This document shows positions 28,906 through 37,417 of a stretch of 64,000 nucleotides of DNA, piece by piece. The stretch's first letter is position 1. Each line of letters starts with the position of its first letter. Source of the DNA: a virus (lineage: Duplodnaviria > Caudoviricetes); the IMG/VR virus record IMGVR_UViG_3300020079_000007, positions 1 through 64,000 of that record, one strand, 5' to 3'. Both the position numbers and the translations under genes were made by a program. Under the pieces are notes generated by a model. The model was given only the letters and a program-made list of their open reading frames with translations, did no database searches and had not been told where the DNA came from.

Positions 28906-30102
28906 TTAGCAATCATCTTTGTGTTCCTTATAATACTTTCTATCTGCAAGGTAAACAGCAATTCTTCTTGTAAAGTAATACCATTTAACTCTTAATCTTT
29001 CTAAAGTCTGACGCCACTTTGGAAGTGGATTGTAGCCTGAGCGGCAAATGATTGTGTATAAGTCATCACATACAGGGCATATTACTGCGTTCTTTGGATT
29101 TGTTCGATGCCAACCTAAAGTAACAACTTTTTCAAACACAGGCTCTGCTTCATTTTTGTTTACTGCTTCCAAACAGGCATTGTTCATATCATCTGCATTT
29201 GTTACAACATCACCAAACTTGATATGTCGCCAAGCGCCGCCTTTGATGTTTCCATTATTATACAAGTCGATTGAGTGAAGTCTTATTTCCCACAACTCAT
29301 CGAAAGTTTCTTTGAGTTCATACTTCTTTGCAGTCTCTTCGTATTCTTTTTCTGAGTAAAATTGTAATCTTTCATATTCTTCACCTGCAACAGGTTCATA
29401 AAGTCTTCCTGCACCGCCGAAAGAAGCATATTTGAAAATGCCATCTTTCTTATCACACTTAAAGCCTACAGGTCTTACATAACCAATGTCAGGATTTCCA
29501 ACCCAAGAAGTAAACTTAAATGTATTGCCGCCAACTCTTACGCCATCAACAGCACAAGCTTTACAGTAGCAGTCATACATTTTCATCATTGGGTCCCAGT
29601 AAAACTTTGATACAAGATGATGTCTTTTTATGTATTTGAATTGTTTTCTTGCTTCTTCAGGAGATGGAAATGTTTCCCATTTAACAACGATATGTTCGTG
29701 TGGGCCGTCGGCTTCAACAGTAACTTCTTCGCGATTAACTGAATTGCCTTTATCAGTTGAATAATGACACTTATTATGAGCGTAAGGAGTAAAATACACA
29801 GGGTCCCAATCTTTTGTTTTTGGGATGCTGATTTCGATTGATTGTCTTTGATTTTTCTCAAGATAAGATACTAAACTTGCAATAACAATACCGCAGTTTT
29901 CGTCTTCTCTTACAGTGCTATACCAAAACCAAACATTGATGTGAACTGTATTTTTACCTACTCTTAATATTTGAGAAACAGTTTTGATTTCCCTTTTGCC
30001 GATTACGCATCTGCTTTCAAGAAAACGACACTTATCAATATAAGAGTTGTTAACCAAGTCTATTGATAAGTGTTCACTGTTTAATGTTGTTAGAGTTTTC
30101 AT
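28906..30102 (-). CDS. Hypothetical protein
   Basis: 398 aa; class II motif 8 nt upstream. Confidence 0.75.
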   Translation of the reverse strand: MKTLTTLNSEHLSIDLVNNSYIDKCRFLESRCVIGKREIKTVSQILRVGKNTVHINVWFWYSTVREDENCGIVIASLVSYLEKNQRQSIEISIPKTKDWDPVYFTPYAHNKCHYSTDKGNSVNREEVTVEADGPHEHIVVKWETFPSPEEARKQFKYIKRHHLVSKFYWDPMMKMYDCYCKACAVDGVRVGGNTFKFTSWVGNPDIGYVRPVGFKCDKKDGIFKYASFGGAGRLYEPVAGEEYERLQFYSEKEYEETAKKYELKETFDELWEIRLHSIDLYNNGNIKGGAWRHIKFGDVVTNADDMNNACLEAVNKNEAEPVFEKVVTLGWHRTNPKNAVICPVCDDLYTIICRSGYNPLPKWRQTLERLRVKWYYFTRRIAVYLADRKYYKEHKDDC

Positions 30103-30113
30103 ACTGATTTATA

Positions 30114-30431
30114 TTAACCTTCTTCCCAAGTTCGATCTTCCTCAGCAGAGTCTCGTCCGTAATCGTAACCGAGGTCAAGAACTTCGTCGTAAATTGTGTA
30201 GGCAATATCAACTCTTTTTGTAGGGTCTTTAATTGCTTCCTCAATAAGATTGATTATCCAATCACGGAATTTAACTTCGCAGGCTGTCTGCAACAGTCCC
30301 CAACGAATATCGTGCTCAGGAGCTTTTGGTAAGTTTGGATTTTTTGCCATTTTAGTCCACCTTGATAAAATCTTTACAAGCCTGATATGAACCTTGATAC
30401 AGGACGTGAGTTTCACCCATATAAGTTTCAT
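30114..30431 (-). CDS. Hypothetical protein (start probably MAKNPN near 30350)
   Basis: ORF in run. Confidence 0.55.
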   Translation of the reverse strand: MKLIWVKLTSCIKVHIRLVKILSRWTKMAKNPNLPKAPEHDIRWGLLQTACEVKFRDWIINLIEEAIKDPTKRVDIAYTIYDEVLDLGYDYGRDSAEEDRTWEEG

Positions 30432-30621
30432 ATTCGTTTTTGTTCAAAAGGCGGATGCCAACGTTGGTTTTGACAAGGAAATATGTTTCGCCTACCTGAA
30501 GGTCGTAAAGATCCCAGTCATCATCAGCAAACTTTGCTGCTTTTTCTTCAGTAAGGTCACGCCAAAAACCGCCGTCACCGTGGTCTTCAAAATACTGTAA
30601 ATTATTCTTATTTGATTTCAA
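30352..30621 (-). CDS. Hypothetical protein
   Basis: 89-aa ORF downstream of a class I promoter. Confidence 0.6.
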   Translation of the reverse strand: MKSNKNNLQYFEDHGDGGFWRDLTEEKAAKFADDDWDLYDLQVGETYFLVKTNVGIRLLNKNEYETYMGETHVLYQGSYQACKDFIKVD

Positions 30622-30737
30622 AAGGTCAAGACGAACCTGAAGTTTATCAAGAATCTTATCAATATTAGGTGTATTAGCTATAATGTTCTCCTTATATTCA
30701 GTTTACAAATATAATATAAAGAAAACAGTTGAAAAGT

Positions 30738-31109
30738 TTAATTTTTTATGATTTGAAATTCGACTTTAAGTTCGATAACATCAGCATTGCGCCAAAGTGG
30801 GTCAACCATTCTTCTCTTTCGATCTTCGAGAGTCTTTCTTGCAAGTGTTTCAGTTCTGTAAAGTTTTACAGTAGTAAAGCTGCCGAAGCGAGGCTTTTCC
30901 GCGCCGCCCCAGAAAAACATTTTCTTTCTGTTATCTGAAGAAATAATTGCAAAAGTCTGTTCCTTCATACAATCAGTCATTTCATTTACTTTGTCTGCAT
31001 AATTAGCACCTGCAGTGAAATCCTCGACTGTTTGCTTTCTTAACCAATCAGGCTCAGTTTTGCCTTTTTCCTTTGCATATCTGTTTGCTGCTTCAGTGTA
31101 ATCTCTCAT
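30738..31109 (-). CDS. Hypothetical phage protein
   Basis: 123 aa, coupled. Confidence 0.7.
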   Translation of the reverse strand: MRDYTEAANRYAKEKGKTEPDWLRKQTVEDFTAGANYADKVNEMTDCMKEQTFAIISSDNRKKMFFWGGAEKPRFGSFTTVKLYRTETLARKTLEDRKRRMVDPLWRNADVIELKVEFQIIKN

Positions 31110-31576
31110 TATCTGTTCCCATACTTTTTCTTGAGTCTTTCGTACTCTTCGCGTTCTTTCTTTTCAAGTTCGATAAGACGCTTCTTTTCAAATTCTTCTT
31201 GTTCTTTTGCTTTAACTTCACTGTATTTTGTTTGAAGAACACCAATAATATTCTGTAAAAATTCTGGGATGCCAAATAAGCTTTCTCGCTCTATTTCACA
31301 TTTCTTTCTCTCAAAATAAGAAAGCATTGCTGCAAGTGTGTTACTGTCTTGTATTGGAATTCTTACTTCATCTTTATCAACAAGATTTTCGCCATCAACA
31401 ACAAAAGTAAAGAACTCGGGTCGTTCTTTCATAGCGTAAATCAGCTTTTCGGTAAGGTCGTCTATTGTTTTATCAACATCGTTTCCAAAAAGAGCTCTAA
31501 AACCCTTTCTGTTAGCTTTTTCATAACCTTTGAAAAAGTTTTTAAGAAAAATGTTTTGGTCAATTCTATCCAACAT
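31109..31576 (-). CDS. Hypothetical phage protein
   Basis: 155 aa; C-terminal EREEYERLKKKYG. Confidence 0.7.
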   Translation of the reverse strand: MLDRIDQNIFLKNFFKGYEKANRKGFRALFGNDVDKTIDDLTEKLIYAMKERPEFFTFVVDGENLVDKDEVRIPIQDSNTLAAMLSYFERKKCEIERESLFGIPEFLQNIIGVLQTKYSEVKAKEQEEFEKKRLIELEKKEREEYERLKKKYGNR

Positions 31577-31767
31577 TATGATAACCCCATAGGAAGCATA
31601 TCTATTACTGATGTGATTGCTGTATAACCATTACGTCTTGCTTCCTGAGCAATCTTATCAATATTATCTTCATACTGTAAACCCAATGTTGTAAAAAGTG
31701 TAGCAACAAGGGTTCCTTCTTTATCGTAAATACGAAGTCTTATGTGGTGCCAATTTAATGCGCCCAT
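31576..31767 (-). CDS. Hypothetical protein
   Basis: 63 aa; SD GGAGG; coupled. Confidence 0.6.
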   Translation of the reverse strand: MGALNWHHIRLRIYDKEGTLVATLFTTLGLQYEDNIDKIAQEARRNGYTAITSVIDMLPMGLS

Positions 31768-32112
31768 TTACGCCTCCACTTTTTTCACAGGCTTATCAAG
31801 ATACTTCCACTCATTAACAGGCCAACTTTGGTCAGACTCTCCATCAATTGCATTTTTGATAAACCAACCGCTTGAGCTTTTGTAATAACCTATAAAAGTT
31901 TTTTCACAAATGGGCTTATCACCGAAAGTTGATGTTAGAGTACCGTGACATAAAACCAATTCGCCTTCACGAGGAAGGTCATTCTCTTCTACATAATGCC
32001 ATTCGTGATTGCTCCCATCTTTAAGACCTTCGTTATAACCTTCGTTATAAACAGCCTTTAAGATAAACTCAACTTTTTTGGCATCTCTTCTTAACACATC
32101 TGCTAACTTCAT
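31768..32112 (-). CDS. DUF551-like phage protein
   Basis: EWHYVEENDLP...VLC...V..W pattern. Confidence 0.55.
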   Translation of the reverse strand: MKLADVLRRDAKKVEFILKAVYNEGYNEGLKDGSNHEWHYVEENDLPREGELVLCHGTLTSTFGDKPICEKTFIGYYKSSSGWFIKNAIDGESDQSWPVNEWKYLDKPVKKVEA

Positions 32113-32121
32113 AATTTTATA

Positions 32122-32595
32122 TTAACTGTCAAAGCCTGTTTCAACTTTTACGAGGTCTTTAGGTGTTTCCTTTTTAAGTTTTTCAAGCTTTTCTTTGTAC
32201 ATTTCAATCTTTCTTTCACAGTCCTCAATGTCTGCTTTATTTTGAAATGAAAGCGGCTTGAAAGATTCCCAGAGCGCACAATTTGATTTATAGCTTTTAG
32301 GGTACTTTTTGTAAAAAACATCTTCTGCTTCTTTCTGAGTTTTTGCGAGGATTCTTTCTGTTTCTGTTGATCTTGTTACATCGCTTCGCTTATTGTAACG
32401 CCCTTGAACTTCTTCGTGTACATACTGAAAATAATATGCATTTAAGAAAAAGTCCTTTTTTGTCAATTCTTCAGCAGCAGCTTTTATAACAGACTTTTCT
32501 TCATCTCTTAATTCAGTATAAGGATGATATGTGTGGTCAAGATGATCTGAATTGTGGCGGGCAACAAAAATCATAATACTCTTCACCTGATACAA
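32122..32595 (-). CDS. Hypothetical protein
   Basis: 157-aa ORF. Confidence 0.65.
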   Translation of the reverse strand: MYQVKSIMIFVARHNSDHLDHTYHPYTELRDEEKSVIKAAAEELTKKDFFLNAYYFQYVHEEVQGRYNKRSDVTRSTETERILAKTQKEAEDVFYKKYPKSYKSNCALWESFKPLSFQNKADIEDCERKIEMYKEKLEKLKKETPKDLVKVETGFDS

Positions 32596-32866
32596 ACTTT
32601 TTAGCTCTTCCTTTATAATCTCCTGTGCTTATTATTGCAGCAATCCAACTTATCTGATAAGTCTCTAAATCTTTATTTGTCAAAACACATACACCATCAG
32701 AAGAGTTGACATAAAAAATAAGATATGCATAATTACCAAGCATAAGAGAACGGATTACGATTTCGTTAAGAGGGAGCTCTTCTAAATCAGGTATCTCTAA
32801 AACAAAATCGAAGTAGTGATACTGTTCTTGATGAAATTGATTTTTACCGTTTAAGAATTGAGCCAT
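32537..32866 (-). CDS. Hypothetical protein directly downstream of the terminator/antiterminator
   Basis: 109-aa ORF. Confidence 0.65.
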   Translation of the reverse strand: MAQFLNGKNQFHQEQYHYFDFVLEIPDLEELPLNEIVIRSLMLGNYAYLIFYVNSSDGVCVLTNKDLETYQISWIAAIISTGDYKGRAKKFVSGEEYYDFCCPPQFRSS

Positions 32867-32880
32867 ATAAAAGCCACCAT

Positions 32881-32914
32881 AAAAAGATAGAGGGTTGACA
32901 TAACATCAACCCTC
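32881..32914 (-). terminator. Intrinsic terminator closing the tmRNA/ncRNA transcript
   Basis: Perfect 9-bp stem GAGGGTTGA/TCAACCCTC followed by TATCTTTTT on -. Confidence 0.8.
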
Positions 32915-33300
32915 GGGGATTAGCGCACCGCGCTCTGTTCCTCCACCACTTGCTTTTTAGGAAAGCAAGAAAACCGAGGGTGTCCCGATTTCTCGAAACA
33001 ACTTATCCACCACCAATTTTTGAGAAAAATTGGAAAACAACAGTCAAGGAGTAACCATCAACTCTTAACTGTAGTGGGAGAGTGTAGCCACTCAACCCCA
33101 CCGCCAGCAGTTTTCTGTCAAAACTGCAAACTCTCAAAGGGATCCTGAACCTTTAAGAAGTTTCACTTTCACTTTCAGTTGTCCGAACTCAACTAAAGCA
33201 GGGAGGGAAACCGAAAGCAATCCCTATGGGGATAATCTCCACCACCAAGTTTCATTGATGTTTTCAGAAGGAAGCTTCAAAAAACTTGGAAACAAATACC
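32915..33300 (-). ncRNA. Putative novel structured RNA: four GUUU-hairpin-UGGY-GG units (strand not certain)
   Basis: No ORF, continuous hairpins, four covarying units with RCCA (+) at 32945, 33009, 33103, 33241. Confidence 0.65.
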
Positions 33301-33900
33301 TTAAACTTTACATCGTCCTTTGGAAAAACCATCGGGACAAGTTGCGGATTTTACATTTTTGACTCCGTTAGTCCACCAATGTGTTCCAAACTGACTGTTT
33401 GCAGAACCTTTATGTGATTCTGACATTTTCTTTTTTGACTCTTCAGAAAACTTAAAACCAGTTGTTCCTTTATTGCTATGGTGATTTTTATTGCAATAGT
33501 ACCAACCTTTGTTTCTACCTTCTTTATAAGCCTTTTTCATTGCATCACTCAAATGCTTTTTATATGAGTCAGAACGATAATCAATAAATTTTGAAAGATC
33601 TCCGCCATCACCGCCACTCGCAAGATTGTACTCTGCTTTGCCAATAAGCTTTTGACAGGCTATCATACATCTTTCAAAATGATTTATCTGTTCTTTGGTA
33701 AAAAATCCTGAAATAACAATTGTCTTTTCAAAATTTTCCAAACCATATTTTCTTTGAGCCGCATTTATAAGTCTTCCCGAACCATAATAAATGTCTGTCT
33801 CAAAAGTTCTCCCCTTTCTTAGGGTGTGTTGGCCAATGTAAGTTTTTCCATTAACCAAATTTTTAATCTCATAAATATATCTAATTACTTGTGTTTCCAT
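33301..33900 (-). CDS. GIY-YIG homing endonuclease (Seg-like) with NUMOD3-type repeats
   Basis: YIYEIKN...TYIGQH, YYGSG, E..., YNLASGG, SEESKKKMSESHKG. Confidence 0.9.
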   Translation of the reverse strand: METQVIRYIYEIKNLVNGKTYIGQHTLRKGRTFETDIYYGSGRLINAAQRKYGLENFEKTIVISGFFTKEQINHFERCMIACQKLIGKAEYNLASGGDGGDLSKFIDYRSDSYKKHLSDAMKKAYKEGRNKGWYYCNKNHHSNKGTTGFKFSEESKKKMSESHKGSANSQFGTHWWTNGVKNVKSATCPDGFSKGRCKV

Positions 33901-33925
33901 AAGTAATTAGTATACTTTGGATCTT

Positions 33926-34306
33926 TGGAGCTGGGGAGAATCGAACTCCCGTCCTATGTAACTGACCGCTAACACTTCTTTACAGGCTTAAACTCCATTA
34001 TTTTAGGCTTAAGGAACGGAGCAAAAACTATAGTTCGGTTGTTGATACAATCTCAGAAGCCACCAATAAACCGCTTCTTTTGAAGGTTGCTCTTTTGTGA
34101 TACAACTCCATTTGGAAAGCAATAGCCGTCTGGGTTGCAACTAAGGGAGTTTATCCCCTTAGGTTAGGCAGCGATTCTTGCGAATACGCTGTTGCTCTTG
34201 CGAGCGAAAACTGAACGTTTTGTTGCAGTTATTTTTGTTCGTATTAAGGTCGACACCTTTACCTGATGTTAGAAACCACTTTACAAGTCGAAACCTGTGC
34301 AGCCCC
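33926..34306 (-). ncRNA. ssrA: tmRNA (no encoded 3' CCA)
   Basis: 5' GGGGCUGCACAGGUUUCGAC; 3' GGACGGGAGUUCGAUUCUCCCCAGCUCCA; G3.U70 pair; AUAACU-GCA resume context; tag ORF 34226-34164 ending AA-stop. Confidence 0.95.
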
Positions 34307-34332
34307 TTATATTTAATATATTAACAAGAACT

Positions 34333-34734
34333 TTAGATTAAGTCCAAAATTCTTCTTAATCTTTCTATGTTCAAGTTTGAAAATTGCTTAATCGTATCAA
34401 CATTTTCAATTCCTGTTGAAGCAAGCTTATCAATGTTTTTCAAATCCTCAATCAAGAATCTGATTGCATCTGATACCAAAGCTTTCATATTTGAAGCAAC
34501 AGTCAAATTTCCGTCTTCGATGTATGGAGCCAACTTTGCGTAAGAGTTGTTTACAAACTTTACGAAGTCAGCTGACTGATGATTGTCGTAAACAGCCTCA
34601 CTAAACTTTTGGAGAATTGTTCTGCTCTCTAAGTCAGAACCTTCTGTAAGTTTTATATAGTAGTTGAGGTTTAGTCTTTCACTAAACATAAGAACTTGTA
34701 AAACATAATTCTTCAAAAGTTTTGTATGATCCAT
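34333..34734 (-). CDS. Hypothetical protein
   Basis: 133-aa ORF. Confidence 0.7.
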   Translation of the reverse strand: MDHTKLLKNYVLQVLMFSERLNLNYYIKLTEGSDLESRTILQKFSEAVYDNHQSADFVKFVNNSYAKLAPYIEDGNLTVASNMKALVSDAIRFLIEDLKNIDKLASTGIENVDTIKQFSNLNIERLRRILDLI

Positions 34735-34750
34735 TTATGCCACCTGATAA

Positions 34751-34909
34751 TTAGCGGATTATGTTTGCAAAAATAGTTGCGTTCCTTCGCTGAACAATTT
34801 TACCATCTTTGCGGCCAATAAATACGCCTGCTGTCTTGTTGTAAGAAAGCTGCCATCCATTGAACTCAGCATCAAAGCCGCGGCGAACTGTTTCCAAAAG
34901 TTCCATCAT
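34751..34909 (-). CDS. Small hypothetical protein (52 aa, not in the ORF track)
   Basis: SD GGAGG; MMELLETVRRGFDAEF...IIR*. Confidence 0.6.
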   Translation of the reverse strand: MMELLETVRRGFDAEFNGWQLSYNKTAGVFIGRKDGKIVQRRNATIFANIIR

Positions 34910-34930
34910 AATTAAAAACCTCCTGCGCTT

Positions 34931-35210
34931 TTACGCAACATAAGTTGTATATTCGTTAGTTCCGCTGTCTCTTTCAAGAACAGTTTGAACCATTTTAAGA
35001 CCTAAGTCATTTCCAACAAAATCCTGCAAGTCAGCAACTTTTCTTATTGAGCCATCAGGAAGTTGTCTTTCTTCAGTAGAAGCTGAAAGTCCGCCCACGC
35101 CAACCATTGCAAGAGCGTCCCACATTGAACTGTATTTTTTTAGGAGTCATATTCCCGTTACCATAATCAGCAACAAGGTCCGCAATCAACTCTTTTTTAG
35201 CAAGTTCCAT
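34931..35210 (-). pseudogene. ORF interrupted by a frameshift in an A7 run
   Basis: MELAKKE...MTPKK (from 35210, SD GGAG) joins the MWDAL... frame if the A7 run at 35135-35141 were A6. Confidence 0.55.
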
Positions 35211-35340
35211 TGTCAACTCCAATGAAGGTTTCCCGCTCCTTGGGTCCACCTACAAACCCCGTAAACCATCGGTAAGAACCGACTCAATGCAGGCTGTCAA
35301 CCAACCTGACAATAATAATATAAAGAAGGATAATAAAAAG

Positions 35341-35398
35341 TATAAATTTCTCTTATACTTTTTTTTATTTATCCCCTCCATTATAGTTCAAAAATTCG
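35341..35398 (-). repeat. Dispersed ~58-bp intergenic repeat, copy 1
   Basis: CGAATTTTTGAACTATAATGGAGGG...TAAGAG(T)AAATTTATA also at 48969-49028 on +. Confidence 0.8.
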
Positions 35399-35400
35399 CC

Positions 35401-36006
35401 TTAGTCGTCGTGTTTTTCGCCTTCTCTCCAAGGATTGTATGGGTACATAGCGCCGCATTTTCTACAAATGTTGTATTCTGCGCCGTGCATAATGTTCATA
35501 GGCAATTTTGCATAGCCAAAAACTTTACCGCCGCAGTTAGGACAAGGACCGTTATAGCCGTTAGGAAGTGGGTTGCTTCCCCAAGTTCCTATAACGCCGT
35601 TACTGCCTGAGCCTTCATCTCCATTGCAATATTTTTCAACATCAGCAGCAGATGCCCAAAGATTGCAGTCTTCAACAGTGTAAGAGCCGAGGTCATAATA
35701 GTTATATTTCATCTGACCTACTGTTTGGTCAAGAATGATGACTTCATTATCTTTATTGTCTTCAAACCAATCTTCAAATGAGTCATAGCCTTCTTCTGTA
35801 AGGTCAGTTGATATTTCATCTTTAAGGTCTTCGACTTTACCCATAGCGATAACTTTTGCCTCGGAGTCTTCTCCGAAGCCACCTGTGCCGTGGGCGTAAA
35901 CATCACAACCTGCATCAAGAAGTGACTTCAAATCTTTTTCATTAGTTACTTCTGACATCCCGATTGTTGACTCACGGTATATGTTTTCAAATAACTTGTT
36001 CTCCAT
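35401..36006 (-). CDS. Acidic hypothetical protein with C-terminal zinc ribbon
   Basis: MENKLFENIYRES start with SD AGGAG; CPNC...CRKC. Confidence 0.7.
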   Translation of the reverse strand: MENKLFENIYRESTIGMSEVTNEKDLKSLLDAGCDVYAHGTGGFGEDSEAKVIAMGKVEDLKDEISTDLTEEGYDSFEDWFEDNKDNEVIILDQTVGQMKYNYYDLGSYTVEDCNLWASAADVEKYCNGDEGSGSNGVIGTWGSNPLPNGYNGPCPNCGGKVFGYAKLPMNIMHGAEYNICRKCGAMYPYNPWREGEKHDD

Positions 36007-36017
36007 TGTGTATCTCC

Positions 36018-36719
36018 TTAAAATTTTCCAAACGGCAAATGAACTTTTACGCAATCACCTTCGATTATCATATTATGTTCAATGTCTTTATATTTATAAC
36101 CGTAATCTTTTGGGACAGTGCGACAAAAGTTTTTACGGAATTCTTCTGTATCTTCAATTGGGTGCTCGAAAATAATTGTTATGTCTTCATCACCGTTAGG
36201 TAAACAATCAATCATTTTATTATCATTAAAACGATTGTATATTCTTTCCCAGTTTTTGTAAAGATTGCGCATAAACTTACTAACGTCTTGTTCAGTTCTG
36301 TCTGTTGCCTGTCTGTAATCGGCGTGCATCATTTCATTCTGACCGTGCCAACTGATTGCAACGACTTTACCGTATGGGAAAATTTCACATTTAAGATATA
36401 TGTACTTTTTTCGATCTTTAACTGGGACGCAAACAGAAAACAAATACAATTCACCGCCTTCTTTGTTTCTGTTAGGTAAAACACATATTAAGTTTTTTGG
36501 CTCAAGAAACATATCAATAATCTTACAAGAAGTTTCTTTTGTCAAATGTTCATTGTGCATAAAATCACGGTTCTTATCTCTGTCTGCAATTTCAAATCTA
36601 TGAGCTTTGATAGCTTGTTTGATTTTTGCAACAGCAGATGCAGCTTCTTCAGGAGTATGATGTCTTATTGCATTTGCTTTTGTTTCAAGCAGTATTTCAA
36701 GAAAAACTTTATCGTTCAT
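36018..36719 (-). CDS. MqsR-like ribonuclease-domain protein
   Basis: RDKN...LYLF...IYLK...VAISWH resembles the MqsR/RelE-fold YxK...ISFH motif; extra C-terminal domain. Confidence 0.55.
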   Translation of the reverse strand: MNDKVFLEILLETKANAIRHHTPEEAASAVAKIKQAIKAHRFEIADRDKNRDFMHNEHLTKETSCKIIDMFLEPKNLICVLPNRNKEGGELYLFSVCVPVKDRKKYIYLKCEIFPYGKVVAISWHGQNEMMHADYRQATDRTEQDVSKFMRNLYKNWERIYNRFNDNKMIDCLPNGDEDITIIFEHPIEDTEEFRKNFCRTVPKDYGYKYKDIEHNMIIEGDCVKVHLPFGKF

Positions 36720-36753
36720 AGTCTTTAAACTAAATTATATATTTAGTTGGAGG

Positions 36754-37242
36754 TTGTATATGAAGACAGAAGCGGAGTATTGTTCTGTTATAATTCATTC
36801 ACTTAATGAAGCAGGCATAGGATATAAGATCCCAGACGCGTCCGGTCAATTTGCTGCAACAATCAAAAGATGCTTTGATATTATCGGAAGAATTGGTGAA
36901 TGCCCAGTTTACTTGGAAGCAAAGTTTAATAAAAAGATGGCAGCTTGCTCAATGAAAAGGGTTGAGGAACACCAAGCATCTTACCTTGATGAGTTTGCAA
37001 AAATCCCAAATGCAATGTGTTTCCTTGCTTGGGGCATTCAGGTTGCAAGAGGCGACTGCCGTTCTTATGTTTTTGATTGGAGGGCAGTGTCAGAGTTGTA
37101 TAAAAAAGGATATTCATTTCACATCAAAGAATTGGAAAAGTTACCTTATAATGAAATACATAAAAGCACATTTCAATTTGTTAATATCATTACAAAAGAA
37201 GATATTATAAAAGCTTGTGGGGATATTTATGATAAAAGCTAA
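36754..37242 (+). CDS. PD-(D/E)xK nuclease, RecU/Holliday-junction resolvase-like
   Basis: E...KIPD...FDII...LEAK...HQ pattern. Confidence 0.7.
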   Translation: MYMKTEAEYCSVIIHSLNEAGIGYKIPDASGQFAATIKRCFDIIGRIGECPVYLEAKFNKKMAACSMKRVEEHQASYLDEFAKIPNAMCFLAWGIQVARGDCRSYVFDWRAVSELYKKGYSFHIKELEKLPYNEIHKSTFQFVNIITKEDIIKACGDIYDKS

Positions 37243-37417
37243 ATACGTTTGTCCTGAATGTAAAAAAGAAGTGATTGTAAAATTTAAGGCAGGAGAAACT
37301 CCTGCCTGTCCAAAATGCTGTAATAAAGATATGATTCGCCAATACGGCACAATCAAACTAGGTGATACAGTTGATGAACAAATGATTCACCTAGCTCAAT
37401 CAATGTTGTATTCTTAA
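37229..37417 (+). CDS. FmdB-like zinc-ribbon protein
   Basis: YVCPEC...CPKC. Confidence 0.7.
   Translation: MIKAKYVCPECKKEVIVKFKAGETPACPKCCNKDMIRQYGTIKLGDTVDEQMIHLAQSMLYS

Noticed and set aside
32941-33244. attP/att duplications of the tmRNA 3' end
   Set aside because: The CTCCACCA copies are in the opposite orientation to the tmRNA gene, and no integrase is present
32941-33250. Chi sites, or tRNA primer-binding sites for a reverse transcriptase
   Set aside because: None is an exact GCTGGTGG and Chi needs no hairpin; no reverse transcriptase is in this window. A DNA-level role such as an origin cannot be excluded
32915-33300. CRISPR array or mini-array
   Set aside because: Units share only short junction motifs, spacing is irregular (64, 94 and 138 nt), the spacers are themselves structured, and no cas genes are in the window
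32915-33300. RNase P RNA, true tRNA genes or group I intron core
   Set aside because: No GAGGAAAGUCC/P4 signature, no T-loop (GTTCRA) or cloverleaf, no recognisable intron core and no interrupted exons
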